Source of the DNA: Hormiphora californensis
Lineage: Eukaryota > Animalia > Ctenophora
Direction: 5' to 3'
Length of the DNA: 64,000 nucleotides
Assembly (NCBI GenBank): GCA_020137815.1
Contig: CM035361.1
Coordinates: 1,488,001 to 1,552,000 of the forward strand
Made by a program: the position numbers and the translations under genes. Every line of letters begins with the position of its first letter. The first letter of the stretch is position 1. A model generated the notes under the pieces. That model worked only from the letters and a program-made list of their open reading frames with translations. It was not told where the DNA came from and searched no databases. Below are positions 24,869-37,395 of this stretch, in pieces.

Positions 24869-26437
24869 ATGGTAGCGGAGTGTACCCTACCAATGAACTT
24901 TGGCAGGCACCTTCTGGATCTGAAAGGAATTAACGACATTGAATTCACCTGTGCAAATGGTGAAGTTGTAATGGCAAGTTCGGGTTTAATGGCCTTAAAC
25001 AGCGAACTGGTGTGTGACCTGGTGGGTAAACAGTTGGTGAAGGCTCTTGATCTGGAGGAGTTTAGTCGGGCATCTGTGTGTTGTCTCGTGGAGTCTTGCT
25101 ACACAGGATCTGTAACTGTCACACGGCAAAATTTCCGAGAGATCAACAAAGTGAGTGCCGTGTTCAAAGTACCATGGATGATACAGGAATGTCTGAAGTT
25201 CTATACCTCTCTCTGCTCCGGGTTGACATTTAAATCTTGTGACGTTACCTGGTTTTTATTTGAAGAAGCGGCCTACATCCTCAAGGAGAGAAACAGTAAG
25301 GAACTACAAGATGCTCTTTGCACTGGATTATCCGGTTTACCAAATCTCCAGCTGGCTCTCGTCCAAGAATTCCTGGTTCGTGATCCGGTTCAGCTTTGGC
25401 CAGTGTGCACTGATCTTTGTTTGGCACTGGCAGGGAATGCAACACCAGCACTCTTCACAGGTCTCGTTGACATGATCGAGATCAGGCCCAAGCCTGTGAA
25501 GTTAAGTGAGGTGGAGAATAGGTTCTTGCAGACACAATCACTAACGGCATGCTTCCAAGAAGACCCGAGGGTTTACTCCAAGTTGATGAAAACGCTCCAA
25601 ACATCTCTTTCAAAGGAGGATCTTGGGTCTCTGTGTGCTACATTCAATGAGGTTCTCTTCCTTGCTACTGGTGGATTTCCTGATGAGGCTACCGGATCTG
25701 AGACACTGCAACTTGAGAAACCGCAACTTGAGATTGTGTACCCGGTTGAAATTATTTCTGATCTTAATAAATGTACCACTTGGTTTGAAATTATCGTGCT
25801 AGTGAATAATCACCCTCGAATCCAATCGTGCAACCAGTTTTTAACCAGTCTAAAGCAGTGCGATATGTTAGCAGGAGTTAAACTTGAATTTGGTAGTGCT
25901 GCTGTGGTTACCAATGCACTGAAAGCAGCGATAAACAAAAGGAATCCTCGCTACTTTCTGGTGGAGTTTTTGACGCAGAAATCTAACTTAAATACGGCCC
26001 TAGAGAAGGTCAAAGGAAATACTGACTCGGAGAACTGCTTCTGTGTGTCGAAAAGTTGTGATGAGTTGGTCTTTGAGACAAAGAATATGGTCTTCCCGTT
26101 TGAGAAGTCACAAAACGTGTTCCTTGATTTATGTTCGGAAAACAATGTTAAATACCTGATTGGAATAAACGTTTCCGTTGTCATGAAGGATTCTACAAGT
26201 GCTCCTGTGATTACCATCAAGTTAATTACCGATAAATCACTGTTAAAAGCTCAACAAGGTGTTAAATTTCTCCAGGAGCCAGCTGTTTTGAAGCATCTTT
26301 GTGTCAGATTCCGAAGGGATATTTCAGGTGGACCTGAGCCGTACATAATCAACAAATTCCCGTTCGAAAAACCTGGCACTTATAAACTTTATATTTTCTG
26401 GCCACATTTCGAAAAACACGATTATGGGCCATGTTAA
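24869..26437 (+). CDS. Intronless BTB/POZ-domain protein (522 aa)
   Basis: N-terminal BTB signature DIEFTCANGEVVMASSGLMALNSELV...LDLEEFSRASVCCLVESCYTGSVTVTRQNFREINKVSAVFKVPWMIQECLKF. Acceptor tttacag 13 nt upstream of the ATG; AATAAA at 26461. Confidence 0.9.
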   Translation: MVAECTLPMNFGRHLLDLKGINDIEFTCANGEVVMASSGLMALNSELVCDLVGKQLVKALDLEEFSRASVCCLVESCYTGSVTVTRQNFREINKVSAVFKVPWMIQECLKFYTSLCSGLTFKSCDVTWFLFEEAAYILKERNSKELQDALCTGLSGLPNLQLALVQEFLVRDPVQLWPVCTDLCLALAGNATPALFTGLVDMIEIRPKPVKLSEVENRFLQTQSLTACFQEDPRVYSKLMKTLQTSLSKEDLGSLCATFNEVLFLATGGFPDEATGSETLQLEKPQLEIVYPVEIISDLNKCTTWFEIIVLVNNHPRIQSCNQFLTSLKQCDMLAGVKLEFGSAAVVTNALKAAINKRNPRYFLVEFLTQKSNLNTALEKVKGNTDSENCFCVSKSCDELVFETKNMVFPFEKSQNVFLDLCSENNVKYLIGINVSVVMKDSTSAPVITIKLITDKSLLKAQQGVKFLQEPAVLKHLCVRFRRDISGGPEPYIINKFPFEKPGTYKLYIFWPHFEKHDYGPC

Positions 26438-26673
26438 ACACGGACAGCTGTATCAACAATAATAAACGACAAACGTTCATGCATGTGTAATCAATGATTA
26501 CTAATGATTTGACTCAAAAACATCAGCAACTTTTTATACCTTTTTTATATCTTTTAAGTCTTTTAAAGTTTAAGTTTTTTATACGTCATGGGGACGTCAT
26601 GTGATAAATTAATGTTTGTTTCAAAATTATGTTCTCTAATTTTATCTTTGTTTTCAAAATTGCAACATTGCTT

Positions 26674-27382
26674 TTATGATTTATTTTTCTTCTTCTTCTT
26701 CTTCTTGGATGATACCCCCTTTGCCACCACTTCTTTACCGTTCACCGCTTCACAAGTTGGAGAAACAAGTTCTTTCACGTTGTTCTCATCAAACCTAAAA
26801 TAAGTTTGTTTGATTGTGACATAATTTGTGGGTCGGCCATGATGGGAGCTATTGCCTGTTAGTGTAACTAAAGGACATGACGCCACATATTTTCATTCTG
26901 TGAAAATTGAAAAAAAGGGAAATTAGTCTGTTACTTACTTAATGACCCCGTTAGCATAGAGTAGGCACTCTTTGGCTTCATTGAACTTCCTATAAATTTC
27001 CTTCAGTATCTTCGTAGTCTTTTTCCCGATGTATTTCTCCTCAAATTCCCTGTGATCGTCGAATGATGACCTGTCATCCTTTTCCTCGAGACCTGTTGTA
27101 GGAGTGTGCTTGATTTATATTGCTCAAAATAATAATATTCTTGGGATTTAGTAATTTTGCATACTACATACTTACTTTGCTCGACCACGCCTGTGCGGGA
27201 AAAATAAACTCTAAAAAGGGTTTGAACAAAACAACTACCTGATTTGCTGATCCTAGACGATACTGCATTTTGGATATCATTAAAATTGTTATCAGCATCT
27301 TTCAGTGCATTAATCAGCTGACCACGTTTTGGAAAGTATGATTTGCTTCTGACCAAGTAGTCGAAAAATAGCTCCCATGCAT
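26674..27382 (-). pseudogene. Spliced 3' gene fragment with weak USP (peptidase C19)-like motifs
   Basis: Phase-compatible exons (D)AWELFFDYL...SKS | GLEEKDD...YANGVIK | MKICGVMSF, then after a frameshift GNSSHHGRPTNYVTIKQTYFRFDENNVKE. These resemble the QDAxE box and the His/Asp box. The 5' part is cut off by the internal TIR. Confidence 0.35.
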
Positions 27383-27433
27383 CTGAAAAGAATTTTGTGG
27401 GATTCTATTCTATTAAATACTCATGATATTTGA

Positions 27434-28061
27434 GGGGGGGGGGGGCGGCTGAAGTTTTTGAAGTTTGAAGTTTTCCACCCTACTTTTTGAGTTTTTGAAG
27501 TTTTTGAAGTTGACTTCAAAAACTTCAAAAAGTCTAAACTACTTTTATATGCTATCAGTGACTATTATTACACTTGTTTAGGTTAGTTTTATTCTTAATA
27601 CATATTGTGGCAAAGTTATCCGTCCTTGTCTGCCCTTTTTCTACCACAAATTAGGATATTTACGATGATTCCTAGCCATGAAATCCATGGCACAATTTGG
27701 TGTAAAAAATTTAAATTTTTTGTAAAAACAGATTTCATTTTCATTCTATAACTCAAAAAGTTGCCTAGAAAATGCTAAGAAAGTGCTTAAAAATTATAAA
27801 GTAAATTTTCAAATTTTTTTTGGGCCACACCCTTTTTGCCAGTTTCACAAAATGCAAATTTTTTATTAAGGGAGTAGTGAAAAAAATATGGACACCAAAA
27901 TCATCAGCGGCCTCGAGTTTATATAAGAGTTATGAAGCAACATAGGGCCTATCTCCAACGGTTTAGGAGATATGAGTTTTTGAAGTTTTTGAAGTTTTTG
28001 AAGTTTTCCACCCTAAGTTTCTCCTAAACTTCAAAAACTTCAGCCGGCCCCCCCCCCCCCC
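27434..28061. mobile_element. ~630-bp MITE forming the right arm of the composite element
   Basis: G-run+CGGCTGAAGTTTTTGAAG TIRs at both ends, with TTTGAAGTT subterminal repeats. Confidence 0.85.
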
Positions 28062-28079
28062 AAATAGGGATCCCTAATA

Positions 28080-28350
28080 AAGTCCGATTTTTAATAATGC
28101 GAACCGGGGGCGCGCAAAAAACTTTCCTACGCACCGTGGGAAAGTTTTTCTCCGTTTGTTTCGATCATATCTCTGGCTCCTGATATGATAAAGACCTGAT
28201 CTTGGTTGCATTGAAAAGGTCTTAAAATTATCTTTCTGATACTTCCGGGATCAAGTCTTGAGATTGTCAGAAACAGAATTTAGCACGCGCAAATGGAATT
28301 AAGTGGAATTAAGTGCGCGCCCCCCGTTCACATTATTAAAAATCGGACTT
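28080..28350. mobile_element. Tc1/mariner-type MITE inserted inside another element's TIR
   Basis: TIR AAGTCCGATTTTTAATAATG; TA duplicated at 28078-79 and 28351-52. Confidence 0.88.
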
Positions 28351-29892
28351 TAAAGTTGTGACTTGTCACTGTAGTCTTGCGGAGGTGCAGTTGTGACTTG
28401 TCACCGCATGTGCGCGTACCAAAACGCACGTGGTTCCCACTGCGCATAGCTGCGGCGCGGCGTAAACCATGCGGTGACAAGTTACAATCGCGCATTTTGA
28501 AGCCGCACCGCCACGGGAACCACATGTTTGGTGACAAGTTTTCGAGTTGATCCCGGAGTTGATGTGTGAGGAGTTGTACTATTGTACTATTGTGATAAAA
28601 GGAATTCGTTGAATTTTTAGAGTTAGTAGGGACTAGGGAGTCAGGAGGTTGTTTGTGTGTCTGGTGGTCAGTTTAATACTTTCCGTATTGTTCTAGAAAG
28701 AGGAGACTTGGAGACTCGAGTTGATTGGTTTCTTTTTATGTGACGGATCCCCAGAACTCGGTAAAAAAAGAGCCTGGGCTAAAAAATCAAAAAATCAACA
28801 ACAAAAAAAAGAAAAGAAAAGAAAAGAAAAAAAAAGAAAAAAAAAAAAAGAAAAAAAGAAGAGGCAATAAAAAGAAGAAAAAAGGAAAAAAAGCCCACCC
28901 TCCCCCTCCCTGCAGACTTACTTTGACAATGACAGTAGATTAACACTCGATATGAACAATAAACGACCCACACCATGGTATGGCGCTGTGTATTGTCAAG
29001 TACTAGACTTTCCAATACACAGAGCCAGCCTGCATACGGAGGTTCCGACTGACAATTAAATCACCACCTCCGGTGCAAAATATTTTCAGGTGTAAAGGAC
29101 GATAGGATGGGCTTAATCACAAATCGTGACAATATCATGAGCTGAACTCTTAGACAGAGGATTGAGTAGGGCAAGTAATTATATGTAGTTTCAATCCTTG
29201 ACCCCCTTTAGTAGTGTCTAGAGATATTAGTTATACTAGACAGTAAACTGTCCATTAACACGTAACCTAAACACCCGCAAGCGGGCCGTTTCTCTCCCCT
29301 TTTTCAGTAATTAGGTCATTCAAGTTTCCTCAAGTTTCGAGTTTCCTGGTAATCCGAGATCAAGCATCATCCTGGGTACAGTTGAAAGTACGGGGGACAC
29401 GCTAGCATTATTTAGTGGCGACTAGGGAGACTAGATAATGGATGTGCAAGGGAGTCATGAATGGGTGGCCAAAACTGTGACGAAATTTATATGAACTGAT
29501 CCCGTTTCATAGACAATTACAAACGGTGTCATGTTATTTAATCAGAGGTTTAAATTGCGAACTATGACATAAGTGTGAGGTGAAGTATGTGTGTATGCGT
29601 GTTTTTAACTAACTTATTAACTACTAACTTATTAACTAATTATCTAATGCATGAAGATCTGGACTCTAATAGTTATATAAAATGTATATACAAGGACTTA
29701 ATTGACAACAGACATTATTTATTCTAATTGGTTTCTCGAATTGTGAGTATTGGAGCCTCCTTCGAATGGCCTGGGCCTATACACAAGTTGTATGTGTTAC
29801 CGAGCGATTCGAAGTAGGCTTCACCGCTTTAGAAAGTCGTTAGTTTTGCCTGTGTGTGATTTAGCATATGTTTTTACACCTCTCTATCATTG

Positions 29893-30427
29893 CAGGGTAT
29901 GGGCCAAACAAAACCAATCACTTTTCAACACTTTAGGGCTGTTGGTTCCTGAATGAGTGGAATGAACTACCAAAACTTAAAAATGAACTTTCAGTTTTGA
30001 CCTTGATTATTCTTGTGAGCAAAGATCTTTGCTTATCCAATGTTCACCCAAATTTTTAAAAAGATTGAACAAAAGGTAGCCGTGATACAGCTGATTAAAA
30101 GTCGCAGGAAGAGCCAAAATCATGCATGTGCATTTTCTCAACTGCCATGTGACCTGGTGCTTCAATTTGATTTTCATGGTGCTCATTGGAAAGATAAATT
30201 CAACCCATACAAAATGGCTTACTCTCGGTAAATTAGAGTCCTTAATTCATTAATGAACGTGTAGAAAGTTCATGAATGAAAAATGAACTTTTGAATAAAA
30301 AACTCATAATTTGCAAAAAGTTACCAAGGAATTGTTCCAGCATGTTCCCGTAGTTTGTTTTTGCACAACTATCACCGTTTCGGAGGTACAGCTCGTCCCC
30401 CGGCCTCATAATTTATGGGCCACCTTG
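29893..30427. mobile_element. Degenerate Tc1-like MITE
   Basis: Imperfect termini cagggtatgggccaaa / tttatgggccaccttg. Confidence 0.45.
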
Positions 30428-30653
30428 TATGTAAGTGCTCTTCTAGCAGTAGACTACAAAGCGGAATATTAAATATTTGTATGATGATGATGATGAAGTC
30501 ACAACTTTATTAGGGATCCCTATTGTGTCGTGACCACGTTTTTCAAACTTAAATTTTTCCGTTTGTCTTCTCTCACGACTCACCGCCGTCTGTACGATTT
30601 AAGTTCAGAATGATGACCCTTTATTATATTACCGACCTAATTAAAGTAGCAAA

Positions 30654-33600
30654 ATGCCATTTGGTGACCGTGGTGCCCCAGATTACAAGAGGCGGAGGGA
30701 GGAATTCAACCGATCACCTCCCCGAAACCGTGGAATGGACGAGGGATCGCGTGTCATACAACTGTCCCATGTGAATGAGCTGACTGAGGGCGATATAAGA
30801 TCTGCCATGGAACCATTTGGGCAAATCAGGTACACCACTTTAGAGAAACAAGTTATGTGAAATCTCCGAGGGGTTAAAAATAAAAACTCCATTTTGCGAG
30901 TTTCATCAACTTGACATAACTCACAAAATAAACAGTGGTAATGACAAAACTGTTTTTAACACACCCCTTTATTCTAGAGGTGTCGCATCTCCTTCCCCCG
31001 ATATCTACTTCGTGGAATTTGGTAGTCTGGATCAGAGCCATTCCTTTATGGGCCATGTTGATACACACGGGTTCCTTATCAGATTCACTAAAGTGGACTT
31101 CACATTTGGACCTGCTTCTGATATACCCAGGTACTAACGGAGATGTATTCACTACTGTTCTTTGTTTCCAGATGGGGTCTAAAAAGTCACCTTTGAGATC
31201 TGGTCTGCACTCTCAAAGATCCAGATCAAATGAACATTATAAAACTGCAGTTTAACAGATCTATTATTACTGTCTCATCCCCCCTCAGTTGCATGGGAGC
31301 TCTGTCTGGTAGAGGCGTGGGTGGATCACAGGGTGCTAACCATGTTCTAGCTGTAAATGTTCTGAAACCACTCTACCCTATCACAACGGTAAATATTATA
31401 GCTGTTACAACTGATAACTTGAATTTGTTCCTTCCAGGAACCGACCGAATCAGGAAATACTGGTCCCTGACAGCCTGATACCCAGTCACGTGGCCTAAAT
31501 AACGAGTTCTGATTGGTTGTTTACCTGTGTCGGTCGGTTCTTAGTTCCTTCTTTATCTCATTTCAACCGTTATTTCTCCTATCGGTTGTTGCAATCCTTC
31601 CATCAACTCATTATCCCTTATTAGGAAGTGCTCCACACGATCGCCTCCCCACACGGTAAAATACTGAGGATCGTCATTCACAACAGGAATGAGACTAAGA
31701 TCGAGTCCCTAGTGGAGTTTGAAGATGTTCAGGGAGCTGAGAGGTTGGTGTTCTTCTGATGTTACTTTGTACATGGTGGCATTGATAACTTAACTAAATT
31801 TATGACGTTGCCCTCGAAGTATTGTTTTTTCTTGTCTTGTTAACTTGTTTTATTGCTCAGGTGCAAGAGAGCTATTAGCGGTGCTGATATTTATGCTGGA
31901 TGCTGTACCTTGGACGTAGAGTTCTCAACGGTTAGTGTGTTTTTAAAACAGTCAAAAAATTCTCAAGTTCAGATAAATAAAAGATGGGTGCCGTAGTCGT
32001 GACTTCACTCCTTCCCCCAGGCCCAGTCCCTGAATGTCTTTAAAAACGATGATGACACCTATGATTACACGGATATCAATCCCACTATTGCAGCTGGTAA
32101 TTAATTAACTAATTAGCTAATTAATTAGATAATAAGCTAATTAATTAGATAATTAGAGTGGTGCATGATTTAGTATTGTTAGCTGGCATTATTTTCCCAT
32201 TTTGTAACTTTGCTTCCCTCATTTTCAGTGGGATCGCTCCTAACTCTCCTCTCTACTAAAGGGCATATTTTGACACAAAGGCCCATTTTAAACCAATTCA
32301 AAATGGAATGCAAATGCTAACTTAGTTATACAATGCAATGTAAGATCTTACACTTGATATATTTTACTACCGGTTTGAAAACTCCCATAAAATTCACAAG
32401 CATGGCTCGAAATGCAGCGAAATGTAAAAACGTGCCTAACTCGATTATGAAACGGTGCCTTTGAATACGGCGAAAAAACAAATTTACTTTTTCTCATCAC
32501 GATGAATAACTTGTTGTTGTCCATGAGGCTAGCGAATTATCGACAATTCAAACGTCAGTAGAGTTTCATTCTCTGAAATCTGAATGTAAGAAGTCTACTT
32601 ATGATTTAGCAATACAGAGAATTCGGGTGCAGGGTGATACGATGTAGTGCTTGAAGCATAAAATCTTGTACAGGGCTGAGGCTGTTTTTTGCCAAATAAA
32701 AAGTATGCCGAAGTATAAATGAAACGTTAAATCCTAGTAACAAAACACGTTTTAACGTTGATATAAACTCTCTTCGAGAGTCCCAACATACGAAAGCAAC
32801 AAACGATTGTTGGAACCATTTTCGCTTAATGAATATCGCACACGAACACAATTATTAGGTTGTCCCAGAAAGAATGTCGTGTCCCGTTTTCTCGAAGCTG
32901 GCCCATCGATTTCGATTTAAAACTTTTCTAGCTTGTTCATTGAACCCTTGACTCTATAAAACAAGTGTCTATTTTGAAAAAATTGATTTTCGACGCACCC
33001 TGGCGGACCCGGAAACAAGCGAGCTAAAATTTCCGCTGAACGAGAAATATGCGCATGTTGAAAACACTGCTGTAATTTTTCTTGTGAGTGTCTGTAAGAT
33101 ATTACACTACCCCAAGCTTGTTTATTGGACAATTCTCTATCGTTTGAGTGGTGGATGAAGAGTCTTCATTGAAGACACAGGTCAGAATTGTTGCTGAGCT
33201 ATGGAGCTCTGAAAATTTTTGGTCAAAATCTGAAATTTCCACTTCCGGGCCACTTCAGGGTTCATCGGATTGGTGTATTGACATTCTTTTTGCAGCATTG
33301 AATAGTCCCGACTAAGCTTTTAGTCATAGTGATGTTGGCGATTTAATTTGGTAATGTTTGAAGATGAAATTTGGAAGTTTTTGAAAGTCGCCTAAAAACA
33401 GGTCAAAAACAGGGGTTAAATTTTGGATTTTTTCGCTTTTACACGGTATATTAGCTTTACCTGACGCTTCCACAGGTTGCGTCGAAACTAAAATCGCATA
33501 GGTTCCTTAACGTTGGACAATTTGCTATCGTTTGGTGCTATTTGGAGTTCTAAAAACTCAAATGGCTTTATTTCAGAGACGTTTTAAGATATGCAAAACC

Positions 33601-36600
33601 TCCGTTCAGCGGCACCTCGACTTTTGGTTTCAAAATACCGAATTACGAACGAATGAAATGAGCATTTGAAATTTTGGACACGTTCCTGAGTTAGGAATCG
33701 TCATATTGACAAGATAGAACTGGTTAGAAGTCTCTAACGCATGTATTTCTCCTAAAAATCGGTACACGACATTCTTTCTGGGACAACCTAATATAATTCG
33801 ATGCCAATATCAATTATCAGTATTATTTCCATTTCGCTAACTATTATAAACAACTGAATATATTTGAGGTTGAAACTAAAAGTGAACCTCATGTCAATCG
33901 ACCAATTATAATGTCAAACATAAGAAACCAAATGACGATCAACAGACAAACCAGACAATTAAACTAACATTTCAGCAATGATTTACCTAAAAAGAGCGGA
34001 AAAATAACATGAAAGTGGGTAAGAAACACCAATCTGCAATCGGAAAAGAGGATAATTTACCATCTTAATTCTTTAAAACGAGGAAAATGAGGAATCTATT
34101 TGAGGAATTTTTCAATTCTTGCTGTGCAAGAGTAGACTGGAAAGCAAGGAAACATGTGTGCTTTTTGTTAGCAAATCCTGGAAGCCGAACGCAAGGAATT
34201 TTCCAAATAATGACTAAAAAGGATAAAACTTCTATCAAGATAAAAAGGTCCCAATTCAAAACGAGATTGCAAATAAAAAATAAAACCTCTCCGATTGAAC
34301 TGGTGGTGTGGTGTGGTGTCTCCGTTACTGCTGGCGAAGGTATCTCTTTACTAGAGGACGGGTAAGCTTATACTGACAAACACTGAGACGTACAAACAAA
34401 CTTTTCAACTGACATACCGTAGCTAATATTTCCATTCCGAAATGTATTTTCTATTGACTCTGATATCCTCCTTTTTCTTCCTAACTAGGAGGTGGTGGTA
34501 ATAGAAAGAGATCTGCACCCGAGGAGAGAGGATATAATGAGGATAGAGGGTACAATGGACCTCGGGGAAACGGTAATAACACATTTTACAAACCTTGGTT
34601 TTATACTTAACAAGTTTTTTGGAATGTATTTATCGCACCCCTGCTAGTTCATATAATAAGGTTCAAATTCTTGGAATTTGATCCCCAACTCCCAATTAAT
34701 TACCAACAAGAAACCAAATCCGAATAGTTATCTTTGCAGATCGGAGAAGTATGGATGATGGAATGAGGGGAGGTAGAGGTGGAATGAGGGGAAGAGGACG
34801 GGGACGACACAACTCTGGAGGTGGTGGACCCTCTCACGGAGGAGGTGGTGGTGGAGATCAGTGTGAGTAGTAGATGTTGTTACTTTTGGGGGGATGTGAG
34901 TGTTGCAATTGTTTGGCTTGTCTAGTGTTTCCAGTTTCCTGTTTTGTGTGTTATACCCAGCCCTCCTTTTATTTCATTCACTCCATAGCATATTCTGGGA
35001 GGTATGAAACACAAATCATTACCAAATATGGTACACTTCCAAATCCCAATATCAATGGTAACATATTTGGTAACATCCCCTCTCCTCCCCCAGGGTACAA
35101 TGATGATGCCCCTGCCCCTGTTGTACTAATGGTACATGGTCTGGAGCCCAAGATGAACCCCATGAGGCTGTTTAACATTCTCTGTATGTACGGAGATGTC
35201 AATAAGGTATTTTACCCATTATTAGTTCTTCGAAATGACATAATTTTAGTTTTCACATCTTTTTTGCATTTTACACGCCAGTTTTCAGCCATGAACAAGT
35301 ATTCTTCATATATTGAGACAACTCGAATTGATTTCTCCGAATCAATTCCACTAACCAGCTGTCAGTAACAAAACTCCCTCCACAGATCAAGTTCCTGATG
35401 ACAAAGAAGGGTATTGCTATGGTAGAGATGAAGGATATAAAGGCTGCAGAGAACGTGTTGAGATATGTTAATAGAATGAACGTGTTTGGGTCTCAACTCA
35501 ACGTAAGAACTGTCTCTTGTTTCTTAGCCAGTTTCTCGCTCAATTTTATGATTCTTATCCATCTATTTTCTATCCTCACTTGTACTTTTAATGTCGAAAC
35601 TAAACAACAATCCAGACCCCATTGCTAAGCTCTAACCTATTTCTAATACACATCGTTCTGTCCAGGTGTCCCACTCTAAGCACAGGGAGGTAGTTATTTA
35701 TGGACCTCCTGGTGTACTGGATGATGGCTCTGAGGCAGTTCAGGTCTTCATCCGATCCAGATATCTCCGGTATGTAGACACTAAGATATATTAGGAACAA
35801 GCATGTTATATTCTTCTTCTTTTCGCATTTGTTTGGCCTCTTTTGGAAGAGACTCCGGACTACTTCACATTTGTGTTTTAGTTTTTCACTTCTTCTCCCC
35901 CAGGTATGCGACCCCCCAGAAAGCTGCCAAGAACAGGCAAGTGGAGGCTACCAAGGTGCTACACTTCTTCGCTCTACCCCTCGAATTTGATGAGGTATGT
36001 TGTTCAGAACCCCCTATTAGGGCCCCTAATTAAGGGGGTGACTGGGAACTGGGAAGTAATTCCTCTTTTAGGAGGGAGGTAGTCTTGTGTTTGTAACTAA
36101 ATTAAAACTATAATATCTGATTAGCTGAATGAAACAACAGTTTGCTATTTGTTTGTAATACCCCCTCTTCTTATTTAGGACTTCCTGCTGAAGCTACTGG
36201 AAGATAAGGGTTGCCCTACTCCTACTTCCATTTCCATGCACAAATCTGAAGTCTGCTCTGCAGGTAAGAACACTGCATTTCTTTGAGACAGCACCCTTTT
36301 TTACCAACACCCTTCTCATTTGTTCAATCCCCCAGTCCTGCCATTATTTTGATCCCCATCCACTCCTCTCAGGTCTACTAGAGTTTGAGAACGCCGATGA
36401 GGCCACAGATACAGTTGCTATTGCCAACCATCTCCAAGGAAACCACAATGGTATCAGGTGAGAGTCATCCCTTCTATAACTATTATGTGTGCGTAGTGCG
36501 TATGAGTTCTAGATATTTCCAGCAGTTTACTTTCATAAAGTTACATTCCCGTCTCCCATCCACTGACTTTTGTATATCTCTGATTCTTCCCCAAGTTCTT

Positions 36601-36742
36601 ATCTCACACGAGCCTCCCTCCCAGGTACATCCTGAAACTGGCCTTCACGGGCAAGAAGAGTATGCCAACTGGAGACAAACCCAACAGCAATAACGGAGCT
36701 TCAGCCACTTCCGGTGGTGATGGAGGAAGCAAGGACGATTGA
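30654..36742 (+). CDS. HNRNPL: Heterogeneous nuclear ribonucleoprotein L-like (4 RRMs with a Gly/Arg-rich linker); ~15 exons
   Basis: ANHVLAVNVLKPLYPITT | EVLHTIASPHGKILRIVI...LVEF; GADIYAGCCTLDVEFS | LNVFKNDDDTYDYT; VLMVHGLEPKMNPMRLFNILCMYGDVNK | IKFLMTKKGIAMVEM; TPQKAAKNR...KVLHFF; GLLEF...ANH; YILKLAF. Stop codon at 36740-36742. Confidence 0.93.
31435..31541 (-). mobile_element. Second copy of the CCAAT/E-box MITE, in an HNRNPL intron
   Basis: Reverse complement of 23441-23549 with a few substitutions. Confidence 0.85.
32855..33791. mobile_element. Mariner-type non-autonomous element in an HNRNPL intron
   Basis: TIR TTAGGTTGTCCCAGAAAGAATGTCGTGT at both ends, TA duplications. Confidence 0.92.
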
Positions 36743-36962
36743 GAGAGAGAAAAGAGAGAAAAGAGAGAGAGAGAGAGAGAAAGACTGCAATTAGCAGATA
36801 ATATGTATGTGTGTGCTGAGTGTTGTGTGTGTTTTATTTTATCTGAATTTTAATCTCTTAAGATTTTTGTTCTATTTTTTGCCACAAGCTAAAGAGAACC
36901 TAATTTTCTGCAATGCTCTAGAAATATTGAAATTTTTAGTTTTTTTGGTGTACGGTATCGTG

Positions 36963-37232
36963 GAAATTTTGTGAGTTGACCGTACTCACTGTAGCATCAG
37001 CCTAATCAGCTACACGGCTATGGGACTCTGATCATGCACAGGAGAGATAGTGCATGATCAGAGCAGGCACAGAGAGCTCAGTGGATTGTCAGGAACTTCC
37101 AATAGAAAGATCCTGAAAATCACAATGAGCTCCCCCCATAGGGGTGAGGGGACGGAGGAGGGGGGAGGTATAAAATGAGGTTCATCACTCCTCAGGCTCC
37201 TCACGCTCCCCTTACTCCTCCGTCATCCTCGG
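36963..37232. other. ~270-nt multi-hairpin element, copy 1
   Basis: Stems GTGAGT/ACTCAC and TGTAGC/GCTACA; CTATGGG/CCCATAG encloses CTCTGATCATGCAC/GTGCATGATCAGAG and GAGCTCA..GATTGTCAGGA/TCCTGAAAATC..TGAGCTC; then GACGGAGGAG/CTCCTCCGTC with inner GGGGAG/CTCCCC and TGAGG/CCTCA. Confidence 0.85.
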
Positions 37233-37297
37233 TAAAATGTCTTGTAAAATCTCGATCTTGGTATTGATCCGGTTGGTGGGCACAGGATTCCATGTGT

Positions 37298-37395
37298 AAG
37301 TAAGGGGTGGGTACTGGGTGCCATAAGGCTGGTATGTTACCAAGCTGCTTCGGCCCAAGGGGACTTGGGGAGCTGGTGCTATACCAGGTCACAGG
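37298..37395 (-). mobile_element. Fragment of the 3' UTR of the LINE at 251-2064
   Basis: Aligns to 299-416 (gtaaggggtggg...ggctggtatgtt..ctgcttcggcccaagg..gacttggggagctggtgc.atacca.gtcacagg). It interrupts one of two duplicated blocks (37241-37435 vs 37534-37625). Confidence 0.85.

Larger units (their letters stand above)
24422..28061. mobile_element. Composite (Pack-type) DNA transposon carrying a BTB gene
   Basis: Left terminus G(n)CCGGCTGAAGTTTTTGAAGTTT, right terminus AAACTTCAAAAACTTCAGCCGGC(n). AAATA is duplicated immediately outside both ends (24417-24421 and 28062-28066). A second left terminus sits inside at 27434. Confidence 0.72.
28067..30520. mobile_element. Non-autonomous TIR element with nested insertions, directly upstream of HNRNPL
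   Basis: After removing the 28080-28350 insert, the left end GGGATCCCTAATAAAGTTGTGACTT is the exact reverse complement of 30496-30520. TA flanks both ends. Confidence 0.65.

Noticed and set aside
28725-29015. Poly-Lys / poly-Phe ORFs
   Set aside because: Produced by an A-rich low-complexity tract inside a non-autonomous element.
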